Positions 54,025-61,910 of a DNA stretch of 64,000 nucleotides are shown one piece after another (the stretch's first letter is position 1; each line of letters starts with the position of its first letter). The DNA lies in contig JBGVAT010000051.1 in NCBI GenBank assembly GCA_045224895.1, positions 2,316-66,315 on the forward strand. Reading direction: 5' to 3'. The translations under genes were made by a program, and so were the position numbers. The DNA comes from Fibrobacter sp. (lineage in GTDB: Bacteria > Fibrobacterota > Fibrobacteria > Fibrobacterales > Fibrobacteraceae). The notes under the pieces were generated by a model that worked only from the letters and a program-made list of their open reading frames with translations, had not been told where the DNA came from and made no database searches.

Positions 54025-54744
54025 TTACACCCCGCGCATATCCGGATTCCAGACAATCTTGTGCAACTGCACTTGGAATCGGGCGTTGTTGGCGGTCATA
54101 ACTTTGCTTGCAAGCATCCAGTTGACGATGTATTCGTTAGAAAGTTTTCCGTAAACGGGCGAGATGAAAATGCATGGCATAGAAGTTGCCGCTTTCTCGG
54201 TTGCAGTCCCAGCTGCATTTCCGTTGCGTGATGATTTGAGTTGCGAAAGTTCTGCGACAACCTTTTCAGCTTCGTCAAGGTCTTCGACGCTTCCGACAAC
54301 GATCTTGAGCACATCTTGTGCGCCGAGCGTTTCTATGTTTTCCATCTTCATTTTCGAAGACATTCCGCTGCTTTTGCATTTCCAGTCCATCGTGTAGAAC
54401 AGTCCCGGCAACTGCCATTTGCAAGGAACGGTTCCGTTTGTTTCGACGTTGACGAAAAATCCGGATTCGCTCAACTTTGTGAGCAATTCTTCGACGCCGG
54501 AATGCAATAACGGTTCACCGCCGGTAAGCGTTACACATTTTACGCCGCATTCGTCACGGTAAGCTTCTACAGCTGCTAAAACTTCATTGACGCTCATCGT
54601 CTTGAAGTCGTTGCCTTCGACGGCGTACATGGAATCGCAATAGCTACAGCGCAAGTTGCATCCGTGAAGCCGCACGAACACGGCGGCCTGACCCGTACGA
54701 ATCCCTTCGCCTTCGATGCTCTTGAAAATTTCGGAGACTTTCAT
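54025..54744 (-). CDS. queE: 7-carboxy-7-deazaguanine synthase (radical SAM)
   Basis: MKVSEIFKSIEGEGIRTGQAAVFVRLHGCNLRCSYCDS. Start at 54744; the upstream ORF extension is rejected. Confidence 0.9.
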   Translation of the reverse strand: MKVSEIFKSIEGEGIRTGQAAVFVRLHGCNLRCSYCDSMYAVEGNDFKTMSVNEVLAAVEAYRDECGVKCVTLTGGEPLLHSGVEELLTKLSESGFFVNVETNGTVPCKWQLPGLFYTMDWKCKSSGMSSKMKMENIETLGAQDVLKIVVGSVEDLDEAEKVVAELSQLKSSRNGNAAGTATEKAATSMPCIFISPVYGKLSNEYIVNWMLASKVMTANNARFQVQLHKIVWNPDMRGV

Positions 54745-54761
54745 AATTTCGGATGACGACT

Positions 54762-55091
54762 TTAAATTTCGTACTCGACGATGTTGCCTTCGCTTTCTTG
54801 AATCTGCACTTTGTAGCAGTGCGGCACGCGTTCGCAAATCCAGCGGGCCATATTTTCTGCCGTCGGATTCATATCAATCACATCGTTTAAGAATTGGTGA
54901 TCGAGCTTGCCGTGAACCAGTTCCTTGATGCGGGAAAAGTCTACGACCATGCCGTTTTCGTCGAGCGTTTCGGACTGACAAAAAACTGTGATGATCCAGT
55001 TGTGTCCGTGCAGACCTCGGCACTTGCTTTCGTAGGGGAGCGAGAGCTTGTGGGCTCCAGAAATTTCCATTCGCTTGATGACTCTGTACAT
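54762..55091 (-). CDS. queD: 6-carboxy-5,6,7,8-tetrahydropterin synthase
   Basis: ISGAHKLSLPYESKCRGLHGHNW...DHQFLND, 109 aa from MYRVIK. The longer ORF 54762-55355 is an upstream extension overlapping queC. Confidence 0.9.
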   Translation of the reverse strand: MYRVIKRMEISGAHKLSLPYESKCRGLHGHNWIITVFCQSETLDENGMVVDFSRIKELVHGKLDHQFLNDVIDMNPTAENMARWICERVPHCYKVQIQESEGNIVEYEI

Positions 55092-55093
55092 AA

Positions 55094-55747
55094 TTACGCT
55101 CCGTAAATGGTGGTGTCGTTGATGCCGGCTTCGGCGAGGGCTGCCTTGCGTTCGATGCAGGTGGCGCACTTTCCGCAGTGGATTTCTTCGCCTTTGTAGC
55201 AAGACCATGTTTCGCTGTAATCGATGCCGAGTTCCTTGCCGCGACGAGCGATGTCCGCCTTGGAAATTTCGGTGTAGGGGGCGTCGATGGTGATGCCTGC
55301 GTAAGTCCCGGCGGCAATGGCGTTTGACATGTGGTCGACAAACGACTTGCGGCAATCGGGGTAAACTTCGTGGTCGCCAAAGTGGTTCGCCATCATCACC
55401 TTGGTCAGTCCCTTACTTTCGGCAAGTCCTGCGGCAACAGAAAGCATGATGCCGTTGCGGAATGGCACTACTGTCGACTTCATGTTAGATGTGGCGTAGC
55501 TCCCTTCGGGAATCGCATCTGCACCCGAGAGCAGCGACGACGTGAAGTAATCGTGTATGAACTTCAGAGGTATCGTGAGGTGCGGGATTCCAAGCTTTTG
55601 GCAGTGGAGTTTTGCAAACGGAATTTCTTTGTCGTTGTGATTGCTGCCGTAGTCAAAAGAAACGGCGAGCGCGATTTCGGAGGCGCGGTCATAGAGCAGG
55701 GTCACGCTGTCCATACCGCCGGATAAAATCAGCAAAGCGTTTTTCAT
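55094..55747 (-). CDS. queC: 7-cyano-7-deazaguanine synthase
   Basis: ALLILSGGMDSVTLL PP-loop and a C-terminal Zn cluster CYKG..HCGKCATCIERK. Confidence 0.9.
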   Translation of the reverse strand: MKNALLILSGGMDSVTLLYDRASEIALAVSFDYGSNHNDKEIPFAKLHCQKLGIPHLTIPLKFIHDYFTSSLLSGADAIPEGSYATSNMKSTVVPFRNGIMLSVAAGLAESKGLTKVMMANHFGDHEVYPDCRKSFVDHMSNAIAAGTYAGITIDAPYTEISKADIARRGKELGIDYSETWSCYKGEEIHCGKCATCIERKAALAEAGINDTTIYGA

Positions 55748-55750
55748 TGG

Positions 55751-55797
55751 GGTTCCTAGTTTTGTTTAATGTCAGGATGGGTCTCGAACTGACATCG
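55751..55797 (-). promoter_or_regulatory. Candidate preQ1-I-like riboswitch in the queC leader
   Basis: Minus strand: AUGUCAG-UUCGAGACCCAUC-CUGACAU hairpin, then the A-rich tail UAAACAAAACUAGGAACCCC-AUG. The layout resembles preQ1-I aptamers (e.g. ...UUAACAAAACAAGG) with the SD in the tail. Confidence 0.35.
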
Positions 55798-55841
55798 CCA
55801 AAGATAGAAATTTATGGAACTTTTGAAAGGGGGCTTTGATG

Positions 55842-56894
55842 CTAGGGTCTGATGCGAATGTTCGTCTTTTTCGTCAAGAACCTTTTATTGACGAAATATA
55901 ACGGGTACGATGCGAAAAGCGAAATTAGGAGAATCATGACGCAGGCGGAGTTTTTGTCGAGATAGTCCAGAAAAACATAGAAGAGCTTGTAAAGGTAAAT
56001 ATGGCACAGGTAGAGTTCCAGAGACATTAACCCCATAACCGTAAATATCTTGCCGATCGTATCCCACTTTTCAAAAAAGTACGCCAATGCGATGCTCAAG
56101 ACGGGTGTGATGATCATGTAGGGTAAATAAGATAGGGAACAGGTCTGCAATGATCTGGGCATAAAGTTCATAAAGAAAATGAGGGCGCCGGTGGCGACCG
56201 CTGTTGCGGACCATACCAGTATTTTTCGTTTTTTGTTGAATTCGAAATTGCAGCCGTCTTTCGCCCAATGGCCAAAGACCGCGCCGATGAAGAATATCGG
56301 TAGCCTTGCAATAGTGAGGATGGTGAATCCTCCGAAGTTCTTGTTGTTGTAAGCAAAAACGCAAATCAAGGCGTAGATTAAAATGAGCCCGAGGCCCGCA
56401 CCGATAAATGCAAGTGAGGCTTTGATTCCGTATTTTTTGAATAACTTAAAATACAACGGAAATATGGCGTACAAAAATAGTATACAAGAGATGAACCAAG
56501 TCTCGTCTTGACGCCCGATCCAATAGCCAATCGTCGATGCTCTGAAAAATAAGGCGCTAAAATTCTTTGCGCTAAAGTCCATTTGAATCAAAAAGACGAT
56601 AGCTAGCACAAGCCAAAATTCAGGGACGATGCGGAAAAATCGGCTCTTATAGTATTTCTTTAAAATGAAATTTTTTCGGGACATCGAAAAGTAAAGCCCG
56701 AATCCCGATAGAAATAAGAATATGTCAACGCCGCCGTAACCGATAGACTTGATAAAATCCAACAGAAAAAGATCCGTAGGAACCGGGAAATGGTACAACA
56801 TAATCCATAATATGGCAAAGCCCATTATGGCACTTCTGTGCTTAGACAATAATTGAAGTGATGCGTCCATCTTGAATCCGTTTTCCTGTAGCAT
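55842..56894 (-). CDS. Acyltransferase family 3 (OafA/YrhL-like) membrane protein
   Basis: HRSAIMGFAILWIMLYHF start motif and ~10 TM helices. Start at 56894 or 56870; the ORF extension to 57023 is rejected. Confidence 0.7.
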   Translation of the reverse strand: MLQENGFKMDASLQLLSKHRSAIMGFAILWIMLYHFPVPTDLFLLDFIKSIGYGGVDIFLFLSGFGLYFSMSRKNFILKKYYKSRFFRIVPEFWLVLAIVFLIQMDFSAKNFSALFFRASTIGYWIGRQDETWFISCILFLYAIFPLYFKLFKKYGIKASLAFIGAGLGLILIYALICVFAYNNKNFGGFTILTIARLPIFFIGAVFGHWAKDGCNFEFNKKRKILVWSATAVATGALIFFMNFMPRSLQTCSLSYLPYMIITPVLSIALAYFFEKWDTIGKIFTVMGLMSLELYLCHIYLYKLFYVFLDYLDKNSACVMILLISLFASYPLYFVNKRFLTKKTNIRIRP

Positions 56895-56975
56895 TAAATC
56901 TACTTGAAAAAATGGATTTTGAGATGGCCTGCCTGTAAAAAGTTCTAAATTGATGGATAAAAAGCAGGTAACGAA

Positions 56976-57221
56976 ATGGAAGAAACTTTTAAAACTAAAG
57001 GCACATGCGCCACGACGATTCAATTTACGCGTGATGGCGACAAAATCCGCAACATCCGCTTTACGGGTGGCTGCAACGGAAACCTCAAGGCAATCGCAAA
57101 ACTTTGCGAAGGCATAACTGCCGAAGATATCGCCGCCAAGTTGCTTGGCAACACCTGCGGTGGCAAAAATACATCATGCGCCGATCAGCTTGCCAAAGCT
57201 GTCTTGGGCCGCGAACCGTAA
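56976..57221 (+). CDS. TIGR03905-like (TSCPD-type, 4-Cys) small protein
   Basis: KGTCATTIQFTRDGDKIRNIRFTGGCNGNLKAIAKLCEG...GNTCGGKNTSCADQLAKA. Confidence 0.7.
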   Translation: MEETFKTKGTCATTIQFTRDGDKIRNIRFTGGCNGNLKAIAKLCEGITAEDIAAKLLGNTCGGKNTSCADQLAKAVLGREP

Positions 57222-57277
57222 AAGAGCGGGTTTGCTTCGAGGTTTTCTTGAAACGCCGTCGTAAAAAACGTACCCCG

Positions 57278-57688
57278 ATGAATCGCTCGCAGATGATGCA
57301 GGCGATCCATTCCGAGGATACAAAACCAGAAATTTTGGTGCGACGGGCGCTTTTTAGAGACGGCTTCCGCTACAAGCTGCATCGCCACGATTTGCCTGGG
57401 TCTCCGGACTTGTTCATTCTCAAGTTTGGCGTGGTGATTTTTGTGAACGGCTGCTTTTGGCACCAGCACGGCTGTAAGTTTACGAGTCACCCCAAGAGCA
57501 ATCTGGAATTTTGGAACAATAAGTTTACGAATAATGTTGTTCGTGATGTCAAGATCAATTGGGAACTGTCTTTGCTGGGTTACCGTGTGGCGACCATTTG
57601 GGAATGTTCCATCAGGAATGATTTTGAACGGACGATGGAACGGCTGAAAACTTTTATTGAAGGCGATGAAGAAACGATTGAAATATGA
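57278..57688 (+). CDS. vsr: Very-short-patch repair endonuclease
   Basis: TKPEILVRRALFRDGFRYKLHRHDLPGSPDLFILKFGVVIFVNGCFWHQH...EFWNNKF..N..RD...LGYRVATIWEC is colinear with E. coli Vsr. A TTG start at 57248 is possible. Confidence 0.85.
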   Translation: MNRSQMMQAIHSEDTKPEILVRRALFRDGFRYKLHRHDLPGSPDLFILKFGVVIFVNGCFWHQHGCKFTSHPKSNLEFWNNKFTNNVVRDVKINWELSLLGYRVATIWECSIRNDFERTMERLKTFIEGDEETIEI

Positions 57689-57857
57689 ATGGTACTTTTC
57701 TTTAAAATTAGTTTATTATAAACGTAAATAAATTTTATGAAAAGATACTTTTTCTTTGAAAATTGCCGTTTTTTGAGAAATTTGGGCGTTTAATCATTAA
57801 CAACGCAAATATTTTGACTTTATTGCATTTCCCTTGACGCCTGTCTATTTTTGGGAT

Positions 57858-59417
57858 ATGAAAAAAATAAAACTCTCCTCTTTTATGACTGCCATGACTC
57901 TGAGCGCATTTGCCGCTACAGCTTCTATGGCTCAGAATAATACCTACGCAGCCTCTAGCTTCTTTGACGAAAACGGTGCCTACTTTGGCCCGGACTGCGA
58001 TAAAGAAAAGAATTATTCCGGCGCTTACTACACTGGTAATTACGAAAGCCCATTCAAAAAGGTTTTGGGCAAGACTGACGAAGAAATCCAGAAAAAGATG
58101 GATGATCTTTGGAATCACTACTTTAAGGGTGATAACAATTCTAAGGTCTATTTCGACAAGGGCAACGAAGCCTACATCAAGGACATCAACAACAACGACG
58201 TTCGTTCCGAAGGTATGTCTTACGGTATGATGATTGCCGTGCAGACCGGCCACAAAGAAGAATTCGACAAGCTTTGGAACTGGGCCAAGAACCATATGTG
58301 GCACAAGAGCGGTGGCTGGGATGGCTACTTTGCTTGGCAGCGTAACGAAAGTGGTTCTGGTGGTGACGACAACTGCGCACCGGACGGTGAAATGTACTTT
58401 ATGATGTCGCTCCTCTTTGCTGCAAACCGCTGGAACGACAACCAGTATATGGAAGATGCCCAGTACATCTTGAAGAAGATGTGGGACAACGGCCAGCATA
58501 GCCTTTTCAACCCGCAACATTATGTGATCACTTTCCAGCCGCAGGGTAACGAGAACAACTTCTCCGACCCGTCTTATGACTTGCCGGCATACGTTGACCT
58601 TTTCGCTCGCTGGTCCACTTCCAATCAGGACAAGTGGAGCAAGGCTGCAAAGGCTACGCGCGATCACTTGTACAAATCTTCTAATACGAAGTCCGGCCTG
58701 TTCTCTGACTACAACAACTTCGACGGTACTCCGCACGGCGTAAGCTACAACGGCAATGCAGAAAAGTATATGTACGATGCTATGCGCTGCGCCATGAACT
58801 TTGGTATGGACTACTACCTGTTTGGTGCCGATTCCGCACGTCAAGAAGAAATGGCTCGCCGCATCATCGACTTCTTCGAACAGGATGGCTATAAGCACGC
58901 ACGTTTCAACTGGGACGGCTCCAATCCGCAGGAACAGTACACGCTTGGCGAAACCGGTGCAAACGCAGTCGCTGCTATGGCCTTGATGAACAACCCGAAG
59001 TACAATGATGCCGTCAAGAAGAATTTGCAGATGGCTTGGGACGGCCAGTTTATGACCGGTCAGTACCGTTACTATGATGGCTTGGTCCACTACTTGGCAA
59101 TGCTCCACTTGAGCGGTACGTTCAAGATCTGGAAGCCGAAGCCGGAAATCGAAGAAAAGACGATTTCTGAAACCGAATTCAATGGCGTTACCTATAACGA
59201 TGGCGATACGATCAATCTGTTCGAAGATTGCAAGCTCTACAAGGCTACGATTGCTAGCAGCAACAAGGGCCCTGAAATCCCGGATGCTCTGGGCGCTCAG
59301 ATGACTCGTATCAGCAATCTCAAGATGGAACGCAACTACAACCTCAAGGGTTGCAGAATGGACGGCTCCAATAAGGCCCGTGGTGCTTACTACGGAAAGA
59401 TGGTACAGGTCAAGTAA
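57858..59417 (+). CDS. Secreted GH8 glycoside hydrolase (endoglucanase / reducing-end xylanase type) with basic C-terminal extension
   Basis: Signal peptide. VRSEGMSYGMMIAVQ (GH8 catalytic Glu motif), DGYFAWQ, APDGEMYF. The full-length antisense ORF is rejected. Confidence 0.9.
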   Translation: MKKIKLSSFMTAMTLSAFAATASMAQNNTYAASSFFDENGAYFGPDCDKEKNYSGAYYTGNYESPFKKVLGKTDEEIQKKMDDLWNHYFKGDNNSKVYFDKGNEAYIKDINNNDVRSEGMSYGMMIAVQTGHKEEFDKLWNWAKNHMWHKSGGWDGYFAWQRNESGSGGDDNCAPDGEMYFMMSLLFAANRWNDNQYMEDAQYILKKMWDNGQHSLFNPQHYVITFQPQGNENNFSDPSYDLPAYVDLFARWSTSNQDKWSKAAKATRDHLYKSSNTKSGLFSDYNNFDGTPHGVSYNGNAEKYMYDAMRCAMNFGMDYYLFGADSARQEEMARRIIDFFEQDGYKHARFNWDGSNPQEQYTLGETGANAVAAMALMNNPKYNDAVKKNLQMAWDGQFMTGQYRYYDGLVHYLAMLHLSGTFKIWKPKPEIEEKTISETEFNGVTYNDGDTINLFEDCKLYKATIASSNKGPEIPDALGAQMTRISNLKMERNYNLKGCRMDGSNKARGAYYGKMVQVK

Positions 59418-59452
59418 CACCGACCATATCATTCCTGAGTGTAGACTCCTTG

Positions 59453-59478
59453 TCCCCGACTCGTTCGGGGATTTTTTT
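59453..59478 (+). terminator. Rho-independent terminator after GH8
   Basis: tccccga-ctcgt-tcgggga followed by ttttttt. Confidence 0.75.
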
Positions 59479-59492
59479 GTATGTTATGCCAT

Positions 59493-60335
59493 ATGAAGCT
59501 TAAGTTTGTTTTGAAAATTGCATTGCCTATTTTGCTTGTTTTGACTGCAGGAATACTTTTCTTTCTGTACTATAACAATCGTATTCCTGAAAATGCCTTG
59601 GTGTATTATCGCATTAAAGATCATAAGGGCGAAATTTCTGTATGGCGGGCCTCTAACTGCGAGATGCGTGGGGATGAATTTCACTGTCATGCGAAACTGT
59701 GTCCTGACGACAAATTAAGAGGCTATCCGCTTTCGCAAAAATATAGACCGGACTCAAATACGTATCAAGATACGGCCTACATAAATTTGAATTTTGGTCT
59801 GTTTAAGAAAACGAGTTATATCCCTCGTCCAGTATATGCAAAATTTGACACCGCTTATTTTAAAAAACAATTTGCCTCGGTCAAGGAAACTTTCCCTTGT
59901 TCTCATTCAAAAAGGTTCTCGTCTTCTTATGAGTTGACGGCTGTTGATTTGCCTAACGGCGTGTTTTTTTACGAGACAGGAAAGAAAAAGGATCTACAAA
60001 AATCTGCAAAGTCAAAAGCAAAAAATGAACGCAAAGATTCTTTAAGCTCGAATCTCAAAACGGCGCCGACAATACATTCTGTTTCTATATCTTGTCCTGA
60101 GTCGTCAGGGCGTGCGATTCCGCACTATAAATGTTATTGTGAAAATTACCCAACTTATTGCGGAAATCCTAAATACACGAATATGCCTGCACTTCCAGAA
60201 TCTCATTTTTATGCGATGGACGTTTTGTCTTTGAAGGATAGCTCGTTCATCTGGAAATTGGTATACAAGACTCCGTACGGCAAAGCCGATACGCTGGAGG
60301 TTACAACGACCGTCAAGAGAGATGAATTAGATTAA
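59493..60335 (+). CDS. Hypothetical membrane-anchored Cys-containing protein
   Basis: MKLKFVLKIALPILLVLTAGILFFLYY signal-anchor. AT-rich. No family recognised. Confidence 0.5.
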   Translation: MKLKFVLKIALPILLVLTAGILFFLYYNNRIPENALVYYRIKDHKGEISVWRASNCEMRGDEFHCHAKLCPDDKLRGYPLSQKYRPDSNTYQDTAYINLNFGLFKKTSYIPRPVYAKFDTAYFKKQFASVKETFPCSHSKRFSSSYELTAVDLPNGVFFYETGKKKDLQKSAKSKAKNERKDSLSSNLKTAPTIHSVSISCPESSGRAIPHYKCYCENYPTYCGNPKYTNMPALPESHFYAMDVLSLKDSSFIWKLVYKTPYGKADTLEVTTTVKRDELD

Positions 60336-60649
60336 GAACTAGATCAAATGGATAACGCATTTTTGCGCCACATTTAGGGCAACGCAGAATAAGTTCCTTG
60401 AGCCGTTTAATTTCAGCATCTTTTTCTTCTAGCTTTTTTGCAAAATCACCAATTGCATTGTTTCCTCTGCGGTTCGGACTGCTGTTAAATTTTCGTAGTT
60501 ATCAAAATGACTCTCGTCCCTAAAGTGAAATTCAGAAAACGCTCTAAACAAAGGAAACTTTGCATTGCTGAGAAAAGAACTCGGTATAAGGCGTAGAGCT
60601 TTATTTGATTTTGATTATATTTGCATTATTGCAGGTAGAGGATTTGAAT

Positions 60650-61909
60650 GTGATTTGGTACTGTAACCGCTGTAAATGCCATCATCAATCTGATGAACTT
60701 TGTCCTTTTATTGCTTCCCAGTTGAAGGCTCGTCCGGAATTGCTTTCGGAGGCTGCGAATTTTACGGTTATTGCAGGGCAGCATCGTCTTATCACAACTC
60801 AGGCGTTGGATTCCGTTGCGAAACAGGTCAATGGGGTGCTGGGCACAAATCTTTCATTTGAAGGGACCAACCAGGTTGCTAGGGATATTCAGGTCTTTAA
60901 ACGCCTTAGTGAAGAACCTTTCAAAAAGCTGCAGGTATTCCAGACTCCGGAAAGGGCTGCCGAATATTTAAAAGAAGTAACGGCAAATGCCGCTAATACG
61001 CCGAAGGCTATGACTAGTTTTACTTCGAAGCTAACGGGTTATAGTCAGGAAGTCGATTGGCTTCTTGAAAAACAGGGCAGTCTCAGTTCTCTGTATGAAA
61101 AAAGTTCTTTGCTGAGCAACAATGCACCGGGCGTTGATGGAATTACTGTCAATAGGTTTACTGGAAAAACAGTTAGTCAAACAACGATTAAAAGTTCAAT
61201 AAATCCAATAAAAAAATCTTCTACAGCCATTGCTGACATCAAAGAAGCTCTGTCCAAGGGGACTCTTGCTAGCGACGATGTAATCTGCGCTCCGGCGGGT
61301 ATGGAAAATGCAACCAAGCAGGCGGGCATAGAATCAAGTGTAGAGGAATTGAACTCTTCTGCAAGTATCCGGCAATCTAATTCTAGGCTTAAGGCGAAAA
61401 TTGAAAGTGGAGCTGCTAGCACTTCTGTGACGGCTCAGCAGCTCATGGAAAATGTAACTAAGGGTGCCGTTATCGGTGCCGTGGTGTCTTTGACAGTTTC
61501 TTCGATAACCAACTATGTTCGCTACAGAAATGGTGAAATCTCAAAGCAGGAAGCGTTTAGGGATGTTTCTGAGGATTGTGTAAATGGGGCTTTGGTTGGT
61601 GGCGCTATGGCTGGCTTATCTTTGTATTTCCCGCCGGGTGCCCTAGGCTTTATTGCGGGTGTGGCTGTCGGAATTTATGTGGGTACGACCTGCAAAAATG
61701 TGCTGGACGAAATCTTTGGAAAAGGCGCATTTGGTGCGATCCTTGATTCCTCTGGCTATGTTTACGGCACTGTAATGAACTTGGCCGAATGTGTTGAACG
61801 TGTAAGCCGCGCCGATATGGTTGTTCGAAAAAATATTCAAAAGAGTAAGGCTCTTCAGAAGAAAATAGACCGAAACTTTGACGAATTTGAAAAAATAAAG
61901 GAATGGTGA
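60650..61909 (+). CDS. Unknown protein A: N-terminal Cys/His knuckle, polar middle, C-terminal Gly/Ala-zipper hydrophobic helices
   Basis: GTG 60650 with SD agagga 7 nt upstream. WYCNRCKCHHQSDELCPF; GAVIGAVVSLTV; GALVGGAMAGLSLYFPPGALGFIAGVAVGIYVG; charged tail. No family recognised. Confidence 0.6.
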   Translation: MIWYCNRCKCHHQSDELCPFIASQLKARPELLSEAANFTVIAGQHRLITTQALDSVAKQVNGVLGTNLSFEGTNQVARDIQVFKRLSEEPFKKLQVFQTPERAAEYLKEVTANAANTPKAMTSFTSKLTGYSQEVDWLLEKQGSLSSLYEKSSLLSNNAPGVDGITVNRFTGKTVSQTTIKSSINPIKKSSTAIADIKEALSKGTLASDDVICAPAGMENATKQAGIESSVEELNSSASIRQSNSRLKAKIESGAASTSVTAQQLMENVTKGAVIGAVVSLTVSSITNYVRYRNGEISKQEAFRDVSEDCVNGALVGGAMAGLSLYFPPGALGFIAGVAVGIYVGTTCKNVLDEIFGKGAFGAILDSSGYVYGTVMNLAECVERVSRADMVVRKNIQKSKALQKKIDRNFDEFEKIKEW

Positions 61910-61910
61910 T

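Noticed and set aside
60340-60500. Minus-strand reading frame encoding ...AKKLEEKDAEIKRLKELILRCPKCGAKMRYPFD (coiled coil + zinc ribbon).
   Set aside because: No ATG/GTG start lies in frame after the upstream stop. The frame is under 60 codons and runs into the convergent gene end. It is kept only as a possible gene remnant, mentioned under the terminal-block finding.
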